A stretch of 64,000 nt of DNA from Candidatus Poribacteria bacterium (lineage in GTDB: Bacteria; Poribacteria; WGA-4E; WGA-3G). Made by a program: the position numbers and the translations under genes. Below are positions 20,508 through 31,168 of this stretch, piece by piece. The stretch covers positions 672,001-736,000 of the forward strand of contig CAXXUA010000005.1 in NCBI GenBank assembly GCA_963663765.2, given 5' to 3'. Numbering within the stretch: the stretch's first letter is position 1; every line of letters begins with the position of its first letter. Under the pieces are notes generated by a model. It ran no database searches. It had not been told where the DNA came from and saw only the letters and a program-made list of their open reading frames with translations.

Positions 20508-21944
20508 CTACTCTTCTTGTAATGGAAGAAATTTTATTCGTGGTTGATTATCCATTGTTGTGGTCATAAATTGTAGGTGTTGCAAAAATTCTGCTTCAGT
20601 CTGCACGCCGTTGATACCGCCTTCCCAGATTGCTAATGTCCGATAACTAATCTTTCCTTTCTCATCAGGATTTAAGATCATAGACATAAGGGATGTGTTT
20701 GAGTCAATGAGTTCATTCTGTTGAGTCTTGGGATAAATCAATGCAACACCGAGTGGATGAGTTCCTTTTGGGTCTGTACCCCAACTCCAAAACATATTCT
20801 GTTTATCATCATACCCATTTGTACCATCTAACTTTGGAATGCCAACAACGATTGCATAATCATCGGGTAATGCCTTATCAATATGGATATTTTGTTCGAT
20901 CCAAGGATTTCTTCCGTAAACATAACTCGTTAATGTCAGTTGATATGTTTCACCATTTATAACCCAAGAGGGTAAAATTCGTTGTACTACAGAACGCATT
21001 GCGCCGTTTGCGAGTATTCTGACATAATCCCCATCGCTTGGAAGAGGGATCATTTTCTGCTGTTTCTTATTCCATAATGCAAATCCTCCACTACCGATTA
21101 AGCCTTCGTCTGGAGAAAGCGGAACCATCATTGTATCTTCAGGATCAAGGAGGGAATTTAAGGACAAACCCACTGACTTGGAAAAATTGAGTTGATCATT
21201 TTGCTTGCGAATATAATAATCTTCTTGACTTTCAAGGTCACGTATCACCCAACGTTCTTCAGGTTCTTTGACCTCAATTCTCAATGCCTGTGGATTCTGT
21301 GTTAAAGTAATCGTGTTACTTTGAAAATGGTTTCTAAATTCTGGTGTGAGTTGTCCATTGCCGAAATCCAATTCACTTTGAAACAACGCATCCACACTGA
21401 ATAACTCTTGCCGTTTCTTGCCATAAGAAATTATTGACCCGTCCGACTTCAGCAAATATGCATTCAGGTCTGATTCCAGTGCTGCCATAACGTTGAGTTC
21501 AGGGAAGATTCCTGCACGAGTCTGCTTATTAACATCCCACGTGAATGTTGCCTTAACATTTGGGTCATAAAGAATTGATATCTCCTTGGTTTCTTCAATA
21601 TCAAGATCCAATAGAAAAACTAATTGATCACGTACTCCATCATAATCAATGTCATCTGCTTGCGCGGGTATCATTGCTTCACGTGGAGCTTTACCCGTAA
21701 CAACTGAAAAAGCATTTAATGAAAAATCAGGACTAACTTTTTGGAGTTGTTCCAAAGTCAGCACTATTGGTACATTTTTTCGTTCAATGGAGAGCGTATT
21801 CTGTATTGAAAAACGGATACGATTCGTATCCTGTTTGCTGCCTGGAAATGCACAACCTGCGAATAAAATCAGAAAAGTGACAGCAAATCTTCGATAAAAT
21901 GTGAGAAGAAGTTTATACCTTTTTGTTGTATATTTATTTTTCAT
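20508..21944 (-). CDS. DUF4861-like lipoprotein
   Basis: Lipobox FAGC; IPAQADDIDYDGVRDQLVFL resembles the DUF4861 N-terminal motif. Confidence 0.65.
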   Translation of the reverse strand: MKNKYTTKRYKLLLTFYRRFAVTFLILFAGCAFPGSKQDTNRIRFSIQNTLSIERKNVPIVLTLEQLQKVSPDFSLNAFSVVTGKAPREAMIPAQADDIDYDGVRDQLVFLLDLDIEETKEISILYDPNVKATFTWDVNKQTRAGIFPELNVMAALESDLNAYLLKSDGSIISYGKKRQELFSVDALFQSELDFGNGQLTPEFRNHFQSNTITLTQNPQALRIEVKEPEERWVIRDLESQEDYYIRKQNDQLNFSKSVGLSLNSLLDPEDTMMVPLSPDEGLIGSGGFALWNKKQQKMIPLPSDGDYVRILANGAMRSVVQRILPSWVINGETYQLTLTSYVYGRNPWIEQNIHIDKALPDDYAIVVGIPKLDGTNGYDDKQNMFWSWGTDPKGTHPLGVALIYPKTQQNELIDSNTSLMSMILNPDEKGKISYRTLAIWEGGINGVQTEAEFLQHLQFMTTTMDNQPRIKFLPLQEE

Positions 21945-22014
21945 TGTGCTTCCTAATGTATTGCGGTCGTGTTTTACGTATATTTTCTTGTAACGACTTG
22001 TGCGAATTGACTAT

Positions 22015-22209
22015 ACTTTGTGAATTTTTAAAAGAAGTTTACAATTCTACATTTTACCATATTGGCTGTTATGTAAGTATTCTATTCTTTCATTCAGCAG
22101 GAGCGATCTCCATGTGGCGACTGTATTGATACATAGCCACCATACGGTCGCGACATGAAGGTTGCTCCTACCTATGCAAGTGTGTAATTATTTCCATATT
22201 CTACCATAT
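22015..22209. repeat. degenerate TA-ended MITE with REP doublet
   Basis: Inverted relative of 36234-36427. Confidence 0.5.
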
Positions 22210-22394
22210 AATACATAATTGTTGATTAACGACTTTTTAACTCCTATAACCCCTTATCAAGGAGGAGTATGTAAGTCCTGTTAATCAAACAAGTATAATA
22301 GAATGTTACAAGAATATAATTAACTGGAACAAGTCATTATTTTTTAATATGCAATTCGTTAATGCAATACCTTCGCCAATAATAGACATTCTGT

Positions 22395-22565
22395 CAGATT
22401 GTGCGGGCAGTTGTAGCACATTCTTCCAGATTGTGCGGGCAGTTGTAGCACATTCTTCCAGATTGTGCGGGCAGTTGTAGCACATTCTTCCAGATTGTGC
22501 GGGCAGTTGTAGCACATTCTTCCAGATTGTGCGGGCAGTTGTAGCACATTCTTCCAGATTGTGCA
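22395..22565. repeat. tandem repeat, 32 bp x 5.3
   Basis: Identical copies of CAGATTGTGCGGGCAGTTGTAGCACATTCTTC, no spacers; contains GTAG + GCACA..TGTGC hairpin. Confidence 0.95.
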
Positions 22566-22755
22566 TATAAATTATTCTGTCAGATTCTATCGTCAAATTA
22601 GACGCTATGATAATTAAAAATACTTCAACGAAAACCTGAAGTTATTTTTATTTATGTAATCCTAACAATATCACAGAGCAATGGTAGATCAACACTATAT
22701 ACTCATTCAACTGAAGCACTCAAAAATGGCGAAGGTATTGTTAATGGAAATGCTA

Positions 22756-23562
22756 TTAAAGCAATAATTCATAGATTGCTTTTGCAACCCCATTCTCATC
22801 ATTAGTAGATGTAATGTAATCTGCACATGATTTGATAGGTACAACTGCATTCCCCATTGCAATACCAAATCCTGCGGTCTTTAGTAGACTTTCATCGTTA
22901 TAACTATCTCCAAAAGCGACAACAGATGCTAACGGTATATCAAATTGTTTGGTGAGTGCTGTGAGTGCCATACCCTTAGACACATCTGGATTCATAAATT
23001 CTATATATTCCGGTTGTGTCTGTGTTACATAGAGCTTCTCTGCATATTCTGTTTTGAACCATGTCAGATAATGTTGCAGTTCTTCAGCAGGATGAATAAT
23101 AAGGAGTTTTGTTGGCGTTTTTTCATCTAATTTGCGCAGATCTCCTATCGCAGTTGCGGGAACTCCTGTACGTGCTTCATAGAGTTCGCTCCAATTGTTT
23201 ATTTCAGCCACAAAAAGTTCATCATCCAGACAATAATTCAGGTGTAAATCTTGCTGGATGCAGTCATTTACAACAGTCTTCGCATATTCTGTGGGAACAG
23301 GTGTATGGTGAAATACCTCACCTGAAACTGCATGCTTGACCATCCCACCATTATACGAAATGATAGGATTTTGTAATCCTATCTGATCGCTTATCGGTTT
23401 TATGGAACGATGCATTCTACCTGATACCAAAACAACCATTATCCCATTTGCTGTAAGTTGCTGAAGTGCATCACAGTTTTCTGGTGATACTTTGTGATGA
23501 CTGTCCAGAAGTGTTCCATCTAAGTCAAATGCCGCTAAGCGACACGGTATTTTCTTTTTCAT
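22756..23562 (-). CDS. Cof-type HAD-IIB hydrolase
   Basis: FDLDGTLL, SGR, SKG, AFGDSYND. Confidence 0.93.
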   Translation of the reverse strand: MKKKIPCRLAAFDLDGTLLDSHHKVSPENCDALQQLTANGIMVVLVSGRMHRSIKPISDQIGLQNPIISYNGGMVKHAVSGEVFHHTPVPTEYAKTVVNDCIQQDLHLNYCLDDELFVAEINNWSELYEARTGVPATAIGDLRKLDEKTPTKLLIIHPAEELQHYLTWFKTEYAEKLYVTQTQPEYIEFMNPDVSKGMALTALTKQFDIPLASVVAFGDSYNDESLLKTAGFGIAMGNAVVPIKSCADYITSTNDENGVAKAIYELLL

Positions 23563-23603
23563 GTATTGTCAGTTTTTCCGTTCTTATTCAATCGTCGAAT
23601 GTA

Positions 23604-24722
23604 TTACAATATTGCGTGCTCAGTGTTCTTATCAAAGAGATGCATCTGATCGGCATCAAAATCTAACCAAATTTTCTCACCAACTTCTACGTTAAAAGTA
23701 GGGTGCGTTCTAACACGTAGAATAATGGGTTCATGTGACTCCTGATGTGTGCCAATCAGCAGATCAAGGATATTCACAGAACCGAGTGGTTCAATCAGAT
23801 GCACATCAGCAGAGATTTTTCTACCAATCGGTTCTGTCGCAGCAGTGATATGTTCTGGTCGAATGCCAAGAACACAACCATTCTTTGGACTTTTTTTGTT
23901 TATGAGAGCTTGTTGTTCAAACGTTAGATCTATATGAAGATTCGTATGTTTCAGTTCTAATATAGTTGTGCCTTGATATGAGGAAAGTTCAGCCTCAAGT
24001 AAATTCATAGCCGGACTTCCCATAAATCCAGCAACAAATAAACTTTGCGGTTTGTTATATATTTCGTGCGGTGTACCGATTTGTTGAAGCACACCTTGAT
24101 GCATTACTGCAATGCGATCGGCAAGCGACATTGCCTCAATTTGATCATGTGTAACAAAAACAGTCGTAGCACCGATCTCGTGTTGCAATCGTTTGATCTC
24201 TGCGCGTGTGTCAATCCTCAGTTTCGCATCTAAATTCGCCATCGGTTCATCAAGCAGATATGCTTTCGGTTGACGCACCATTGCCCTTGCCAAGGCAACA
24301 CGCTGCATTTCGCCACCACTCAACACACTCGGTTTACGATCTAACATCTCTGTTATCTGCAATGTCTCTGCCACTTTTTTTACGCGAGTGTCAATCTCAT
24401 TTTTTGCAATCTTTACAGCTTTTAATGGAAATGCTATATTGTCATACACACGCAAATGTGGATAAAGCGCATAGAATTGAAAAACAAATGCAATGTCTCT
24501 GTCAGCCGGTCGAAAATCGTTGACGCGTTGACCATCAATTAGGACATTACCACGTTCAGGATGCTCTAAACCAGCAATAATTCTAAGGGTCGTCGTTTTT
24601 CCACAACCCGATGGACCCAGGAATACGACAAATTCTTGGTCCTCAATAACTATGTTAAAATCTTTAACTGCAATGACATCTCCGAATCGTTTTTCAATGT
24701 TTTCTAAAATAATTTGTGCCAT
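23604..24722 (-). CDS. sugar ABC transporter ATP-binding protein (MalK/UgpC family)
   Basis: GPSGCGKTT, LSGGEMQRVA, LLDEP, VTHDQ. Confidence 0.95.
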   Translation of the reverse strand: MAQIILENIEKRFGDVIAVKDFNIVIEDQEFVVFLGPSGCGKTTTLRIIAGLEHPERGNVLIDGQRVNDFRPADRDIAFVFQFYALYPHLRVYDNIAFPLKAVKIAKNEIDTRVKKVAETLQITEMLDRKPSVLSGGEMQRVALARAMVRQPKAYLLDEPMANLDAKLRIDTRAEIKRLQHEIGATTVFVTHDQIEAMSLADRIAVMHQGVLQQIGTPHEIYNKPQSLFVAGFMGSPAMNLLEAELSSYQGTTILELKHTNLHIDLTFEQQALINKKSPKNGCVLGIRPEHITAATEPIGRKISADVHLIEPLGSVNILDLLIGTHQESHEPIILRVRTHPTFNVEVGEKIWLDFDADQMHLFDKNTEHAIL

Positions 24723-24741
24723 ACATTTTACTTCTGTTTGA

Positions 24742-24870
24742 CAGGACTTACGCATCTCCTCTTAAAGTCCCACTGATAAGGGGGATTTAGGGGGTTAAAT
24801 CTCTGAAATATTGTTTAATAACGACTTTTTAACCCCCTAACCCTTATCAAGGGGGAATACGTAAGTCCTA
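24742..24870. mobile_element. MITE, CAGGACTTACG family, 5-bp TSD
   Basis: CAGGACTTACG ... CGTAAGTCCTA flanked by TTTGA direct repeats. Confidence 0.85.
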
Positions 24871-24920
24871 TTTGAATAATCTATAAAGTAAAACCGTGTA
24901 ATACAGTTTTACGAATCCAC

Positions 24921-25721
24921 TCAAGGACGGTGGTCTGTGTTAATTGGGGTTTCATCATTTTCCACAAAACGTTCTATGGAATTCCGAGTAGCAGGATTCG
25001 TACGAAAATCTGCAACCCAAGGTTCACGAAAATATGCTTGCTTTTCACGGGGAAGTCCATTTAACACAGCAGGAGGAATGCGAAGTCTATGCCAGTGCGT
25101 TGCAATATGTGCATAGGCACTTAATATCGCTATTCGAGGTGTTTCCCGTTGCCAGATAGGTCCCGCGTGACACAGATTTTCAGTGAAAAAGATCGCGCTT
25201 CCAGCTGGACATTCGTAGGTAGTCAGAAACTGGCTACGTTTACCATCTTCTAACGACATGTGGTCTGGATGCATTGGAAAGTTCGCTTTATGACTACCTA
25301 CAATGAAATGTGTCGCACCATCATTTTTTGAGATGTCTGTTAGTTCAATCACAACTCGTACCATACCTGCATGTATCTTGCCATTATTGACACGGTATCC
25401 AAAAATTGGGTCCGCTTGACGTGGACCTCCCCCATGAAGTTCGCCATGTCTTTGTCCCTTTTTACGCCAAACAGAAAATGTACTCTCCATACGGATATCT
25501 GGACCGATGATTTGATGCAGCACATCAATGACTTTAGGATGGTCAATAAGTATGCTGGATGCACCGCCGGGGATAGCACGATGTTCTGGAGGTAATGATT
25601 CTGGGTTACGACGTATCCTGTCAAGTTGATCTACGATCGCGTCAACTTCGTCCTTTTCAAGGATCGCAGGACGCACAAGAAAACCAGATATGTCAAAACG
25701 AAATTTTTCTTCATCAGTCAT
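24921..25721 (-). CDS. PhyH-family dioxygenase
   Basis: FDISGFLV, LHGGG, GSHKANF, AGSAIFFTENLCH. Confidence 0.88.
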   Translation of the reverse strand: MTDEEKFRFDISGFLVRPAILEKDEVDAIVDQLDRIRRNPESLPPEHRAIPGGASSILIDHPKVIDVLHQIIGPDIRMESTFSVWRKKGQRHGELHGGGPRQADPIFGYRVNNGKIHAGMVRVVIELTDISKNDGATHFIVGSHKANFPMHPDHMSLEDGKRSQFLTTYECPAGSAIFFTENLCHAGPIWQRETPRIAILSAYAHIATHWHRLRIPPAVLNGLPREKQAYFREPWVADFRTNPATRNSIERFVENDETPINTDHRP

Positions 25722-25781
25722 AGTTTCTAACTCCTTCTTACTGACATACTCCCCAAGCTAAAGCATGGGGGTTCTTAGTTC

Positions 25782-27099
25782 TTATATTGGAAACGGTTTG
25801 AGTTGTTTCCAAACGACTTTTCCTGCTTCCGTGTCTCGTGCCCTTTCCTGAACAGCGTTGGGTCTTATTTGCACTCCACAGGCGTGACTTTCGGTGTGTC
25901 CCACCGTAGTTGGTTTCAAGTTTATTGCAGCGTTGACATCTCTATCTATAGACATATCACATTGACTGCAGTGATACATTCTTTCTGAAAGTGTTAGGTC
26001 TTTCTTTTTGTGTCCACAACCGGAACAGGTTTTACTACTTGCAAAGAACATATCTGCTTCTTTGACAGGTATACCGTGCACTTCTGCTTTTGTCTTGAGT
26101 TTTAACAGGAAACTGCCTAATGCTGTATCTGACAATGCTTTTGCGAGGTTTCTGTTCTTCAGCATATTAGTAACCTTGAGTGTCTCAATACCGATCACAG
26201 ATGCGAGGTTGACAATCTCTGTAGTTGCTTTATGATGTGCATCGTTTCGGATACAAGCGATACGATAGTAGATACGTTCTAACTTGTGTTTTTGTTTGAA
26301 CCAGTTGTTAGACTTGAAAACTTTTCTACTTAATCTACGTTGTTCTCTTGCTAACTTCTTTTCATATCGTTTCAGGGGTCTTGGATTATCATATTTCGTG
26401 CCATCACTCAATGTGGCAAGTGTGTTTATGCCTACATCTATACCAATCACAGGGTGCGTTGAATTATCAACTGCTTCGGTGTCCTCTGTTTCTATGGTGA
26501 TAGATACAAACCAACGATGTGCTGTCCTTGAGATCGTCACTTTCATAATCTTACCCACAAAACGCAATGATTCAAACATGCTAATCCAACCAATCTTAGG
26601 AAGTTTGATACGCTTACCTTCAACTTCTACAGATTGATTATTTGTGGTGAATGCGTCCTTTTTGCCACGCTTCTTGAACTTCGGAAATCTCGCACGCTTA
26701 CCAACCCAATTCGCAAGCGCAGCAGACAAGTTACCAAATATGCTTTTATTGGCTACAACCTGATCCATATCTTTAGTCCAACAGGACTTACGCAAAAACT
26801 GTAGGCGTGCTTTGTAAGCGCGCCGGAAACCCATAAAAACGCTGATAATTGCATCATTTTCATCATAATTCTTCATCAAATCATGAAAAATGCGTAAGTC
26901 CTGTCCAAGCATGTGCTTTCTTAGCAATATTAAATCGAGTGTTTAACTTCGCAGCGGATAAGAACTCATCATTTGCCAATGCAGACTTGAAATCTGCTAA
27001 TGCATGATTATATGAAAATCTCGCATAGCCACACTGTTGTGCAAACCATTTTCGTTGATTGTTATTTGGATTCAATGCAATCTTATGTGTTTTTAGCAT
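25782..27099 (-). pseudogene. tnpB: tnpB disrupted by a 122-bp MITE
   Basis: Near-identical to 12509-13699 but frameshifted by a 127-nt insertion near codon 66. Confidence 0.93.
26782..26903. mobile_element. MITE, CAGGACTTACGCA family, inside tnpB
   Basis: 13-bp perfect TIR; TCCAA duplicated; empty site visible in copies 1 and 3. Confidence 0.95.
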
Positions 27100-27178
27100 G
27101 ATGATATTCCAGTCCTATGAAGACGTCAGTTCCCTCTACTAAAGGTGTGTAGGTGTTAGTAGCACCTACACTGAACTA

Positions 27179-28426
27179 GTAGATAGTCCATTCTAATTGT
27201 TCGGGTATAGATGTTTTAATCGTACGCGTGCATCGTCCGTTGTAAATTGCCAGTTTACCTGCTTTTGCTCTGCATTTCGCCGTTTTTGCCAGGCTTGTGT
27301 CTCTCTATGGAGTGTCTCTATATCTGGGATACGCCGACACAAACATTGACGCGTAAGGACACTCAGTTCTATTTCCGCTATATTCAACCAACTTCCATGT
27401 ACTGGCGTATGCACGATTTCTAAACGCTTACGCAACCTATTTGCTTCCTCATCTCCAAACACTTTATTGAGCGTCGAAAGTTTGTGTATATTCAGGTTGT
27501 CACAAACTAAAATCACACTTTTTGCTGATGAGTAGTCCTGATCCAATAGTATTTTTACTTCTTCTGCCCAATCCTCTGCCTTTCTGCGCGTCCGAACAGA
27601 CACACGCCTCCATCCCGATAATGCTTCTGTGAATAGGAAGATATTTGCCGTGCCTTTGCGTTTATACTCATTATCTACACGCTTGACTTGCCCCGGTTTC
27701 ACAGGATGCGGATCCCGAACATCATCCCTAAGCGTGACAGATTGTTCGTCCATGTTCACAACAGGTATTTCTGTATCTAAAGGTTTCTGGTAAAGATCAA
27801 GCACTTCTTCCATCGACTTTACAAACTCAGCATCTTTTTCAGGGGGAATCACCCACTGTTGCTGAAGGTGCGGCTTCAAAGCGTTTTTTTTAGTGTCTGT
27901 CTTACCGTTTCTGGAGAAATGCTTTCCACGATTTCAAGTCTTACCAATTCTGACGCAAGTAGGCGTAAAGTCCATTTAGCAGCACCTTCGGGAGGTTCGC
28001 TACAACTCAGTGCTATCAAGCGTGCTTCAGCTTCACCATCAAGTTTACGAGGTGTGGGAGGATGCTCTCGCTTAGCACGAAATAAGACACGAGAAAAACC
28101 ACCTACAGCAAAACGCTTACGCACTTTCGCGACTGTCCTATCAGTGCACTCATACGCTTCAGCTATTTTCCCATCAGTCCAACCGGGACCATTGACATCT
28201 GATTTCAGCAAAATATGAGCATTCCTTATCTTATACGCCTCTTTTTACCTGTGTTTATACAATCTAACAACTCCTGCCGCTCCGAATCAGTGAGTTTTAC
28301 AACATATTTCTTAGTCAAGGTTGTGTTCCTCCTTAAGTTTTGCTATACTATAAGAGAAAAACTCTTGTTTGTCAAGATACTAAGAAACAAAAAAATAAAT
28401 ACAAACTTTTAGTATGGACTATCTAC
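27179..28426 (-). mobile_element. IS630-family element
   Basis: TIR GTAGATAGTCCAT(T/A)CTAA; TA duplication at a CTAG site. Confidence 0.92.
27193..28318 (-). CDS. IS630 transposase, split ORFs (probable programmed -1 frameshift at A7C; extra indel near 28245)
   Basis: HTH part KWTLRLLA..SISPETVRQTLKK; DDE part NMDE, VCDNLNIH, SWLNIAEIE. The N-terminus MTKKYVVKL is in a third frame. Confidence 0.85.
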
Positions 28427-28550
28427 TAGTATAATGAGTATCTCATGTTTTAAACCAAAAATCAAGTTTTTTCTTGACACAAGCACTTAGCACGACTACA
28501 TCCCACTACCTAAAGGTAGGGGTTTTGTCGTGATTCTTGATAAAACTGAT

Positions 28551-29378
28551 CTATAACCGTATTTTTTTAAATGCTTCAATTTGTGCTGTAATAGCACGTT
28601 CAGTCGGTAGACGTTCTGCACTTGATGCGCCATAAAATCCGACAACACCCTTTGTATTCTGTAAGATGAAAGCCGCATCTTCTGGTTCTGCAATGGGACC
28701 CCCATGGCAAATTACCAATATCTCTGGATTTACTCCTATGGCCGCATCGTGTATCGCTTGCACCCGTTTTGAGGCATCTTCAAGTGTAAAAGCAGTTTTT
28801 GCTCCGATGGATCCTTTTGTTGTAAGTCCCATGTGTGCCACAAGGATGTCCGCACCTGCATCTGCCATCTGTTCTGCTTCAGATTCATTGAACGCATAAG
28901 GGGTGGTAAGCAATCCCATCTGGTTGGCAGTACGAATCATCTCAACCTCGGGACCATACCCCATATCTGTTTCTTCAAGAAGCTGACGGAAAGTACCATC
29001 AATTAAACCCACCGTTGGGAAGTTTTGCACACCAGAAAACCCTATTGCATCAATCTGTCCCAAGAAGATTTTCATCAAGCGAAACGGATCTGTGCCACAA
29101 ACACCCGCAAGTACCGGTGTATTCTTCACGACAGGCAGTACTTCACTTGCCATCTCAACTACGATCTGGTTCGCATCACCATAAGGCATCATACCAGCAA
29201 GTGATCCTCGACCCGCCATTCGGAATCTACCTGAATTGTATATGATAATAAGGTCAATTCCACCTGCTTCTTCACATTTCGCTGATATACCTGTACCTGC
29301 ACCTGCACCAATGATGGGTTTACCTGCATCAATATTACTTCGTAGTTTAGTCAAAACCTCTTCACGTTTAAATTTCAT
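28551..29378 (-). CDS. phosphoenolpyruvate hydrolase-like TIM-barrel protein (Tm-1-associated family)
   Basis: [40 protein letters not shown]. Confidence 0.9.
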   Translation of the reverse strand: MKFKREEVLTKLRSNIDAGKPIIGAGAGTGISAKCEEAGGIDLIIIYNSGRFRMAGRGSLAGMMPYGDANQIVVEMASEVLPVVKNTPVLAGVCGTDPFRLMKIFLGQIDAIGFSGVQNFPTVGLIDGTFRQLLEETDMGYGPEVEMIRTANQMGLLTTPYAFNESEAEQMADAGADILVAHMGLTTKGSIGAKTAFTLEDASKRVQAIHDAAIGVNPEILVICHGGPIAEPEDAAFILQNTKGVVGFYGASSAERLPTERAITAQIEAFKKIRL

Positions 29379-29394
29379 ATTTTACCCTTTTACC

Positions 29395-29776
29395 CAGAGT
29401 TATTCAGTTTTCCTAATTTTTGGACCTTTCAAAAAAGAAACCCCCCGGTAGGAGCGACCTCCCGGTCGCGATTTTCTCAAAAATATGTGAAAAATGGTTA
29501 AAACTGAATAACCCTGCATTTTACCCAGAGTTATTCAGTTTTCCTAATTTTTGGACCTTTCAAAAAAGAAACCCCCCGGTAGGAGCGACCTCCAGGTCGC
29601 GATTTCTCACAAATATGTGAAAAATGGTTAAAACTGAATAACCCTGCATTTTACCCAGAGTTATTCAGTTTTCCTAATTTTTGGACCTTTCAAAAAAGAA
29701 ACCCCCCGGTAGGAGCGACCTCCAGGTCGCGATTTCTCACAAATATGTGAAAAATGGTTAAAACTGAATAACCCTG
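29395..29776. repeat. three tandem ISAs1-type MITEs (~121 bp) separated by 9-bp spacers
   Basis: Units start 29395, 29526, 29656; CAGAGTTATTCAGTTTT...AAAACTGAATAACCCTG, spacer CATTTTACC. Confidence 0.9.
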
Positions 29777-29840
29777 CATTTTACTATGTAAGTATTCAAG
29801 TGTCTGACATACTCCCCAAGCTAAAGCATGGGGGTTCTTA

Positions 29841-31155
29841 CAGGGTTATTTAGTTTTAAAAACTCTCAGTTATCAAGTTAACTGCGAGTTTAGGTTTTGA
29901 AGCTAAGTATTTTATCTCATCTGCTATACGCGTTATCCCAGCAAATCGCAACACTGCTAATGCTGTATTTCGCAAAGCAGCCATGATTTGTGGAATAGCA
30001 CCGCATCGGACAGACGATGCGTCTTCTCCAAGTTGTGTATCACGCATCCAATGCGACTTGTTCTCTATTGACCAATGCCCACGGCGTAGCTCAAGTAAAC
30101 GTTGGGCAGAAGTTTCTTCGGGTGTCAGACTTGTAATACCATAATGGATTTTGGTTTTTTCTTCTCCTGTTTTCGTATTTTTGTAAGTATAACGATATTG
30201 GAACACTTGTGCTATACCTGGCCAATCCAGATATGCGTTGAGACTTGTGCTTGCTTTCAAACACCTTGTCTCTATTCTACCATGTGATTTTTCAGAAGTC
30301 TCGTGAGTGTAAATAGGGGCTCCCAATTTAGGATGTGGTGTGTTATCAGAAAGCGTGTCTGGAACGTCTTGAAAGAGTTTTTGGATCTCATCGTAAAGGT
30401 CCGGTTGGTTCTTTTTGACAGGGAGCACATAGTCTCCATTACCCTCTATGATGGCGTGGCAGAATGGTCGCTGTGTCAAAAGTGCGTCTGTTGTGATGAC
30501 TTTACCACTCACATCAAAGTTTTTGAGGATCTCTGTTGAGATCGGTATTTCGTTGGTTTTATCACTGACACCTTTTTGTGTAAGTGTGACGCCTAACTCA
30601 TGAGACACAACAGAGAGTAAATGGCTTATTGTCGCACCACTTTTCTTACTGGCACGCATCGTTTTACCGTCTATAGCGACTGCGTCAAGACAACCTTCTA
30701 AATCAGGTCGACTTTGACAAACGTCTTCTACCCAGTCTGTAAATGTCTTTTCAACAGCATCAGCATCTAAATCTTTTAGAACATTATGTATTGTTGCGGG
30801 ACAAGGTGTTTTCTTATGTGTAAAACCGAGTGTTCTTGCGAGGTCTGGTTGGGTTCGGGCCCAAGTTGCGATGGATGTATATCCTTTATGTCCAGTCATA
30901 AAACCAATAATGTTAAGTCCGATGATTGATTTCAATGGGTGTCGTTTTCCTTTATTGTTGCGCGGGTCTTGGATTTCTGCTAATCTATCTAACAAGTGTC
31001 GAGAGTTTTTCTCTGGCATTTTTCACCTCAAAGGTAAGATTTTTTAGGTGAAGTATAGCAGATATAGCGCGATAAATCACGCTATATCTGCATATCCAAA
31101 AATATTAACGATTGTGATAAAAAACAACCAAAACTCCTAAAACTAAATAACCCTG
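29841..31155 (-). mobile_element. ISAs1-family insertion sequence
   Basis: TIR CAGGGTTATTTAGTTTTA; 9-bp TSD GGGTTCTTA. Confidence 0.95.
29856..31019 (-). CDS. ISAs1-family transposase
   Basis: DPR...HPL, AIDGKT, KTNEI, TTDAL, RGHWSIEN. Confidence 0.96.
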   Translation of the reverse strand: MPEKNSRHLLDRLAEIQDPRNNKGKRHPLKSIIGLNIIGFMTGHKGYTSIATWARTQPDLARTLGFTHKKTPCPATIHNVLKDLDADAVEKTFTDWVEDVCQSRPDLEGCLDAVAIDGKTMRASKKSGATISHLLSVVSHELGVTLTQKGVSDKTNEIPISTEILKNFDVSGKVITTDALLTQRPFCHAIIEGNGDYVLPVKKNQPDLYDEIQKLFQDVPDTLSDNTPHPKLGAPIYTHETSEKSHGRIETRCLKASTSLNAYLDWPGIAQVFQYRYTYKNTKTGEEKTKIHYGITSLTPEETSAQRLLELRRGHWSIENKSHWMRDTQLGEDASSVRCGAIPQIMAALRNTALAVLRFAGITRIADEIKYLASKPKLAVNLITESF

Positions 31156-31168
31156 GGGTTCTTAGTTC

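Larger units (their letters stand above)
25741..28539 (-). mobile_element. tnpB-only element copy 2, carrying two nested insertions
   Basis: Same ends as copy 1; length 2799 = 1422 + 127 (MITE + TSD) + 1250 (IS630 + TA). Confidence 0.93.

Noticed and set aside
22395-22565. CRISPR array (32-bp repeats)
   Set aside because: Repeats are contiguous, with no spacers and no cas genes.
25782-26927. TnpB with a novel N-terminus (381 aa)
   Set aside because: The N-terminal residues are translated MITE sequence; the gene is a disrupted copy.
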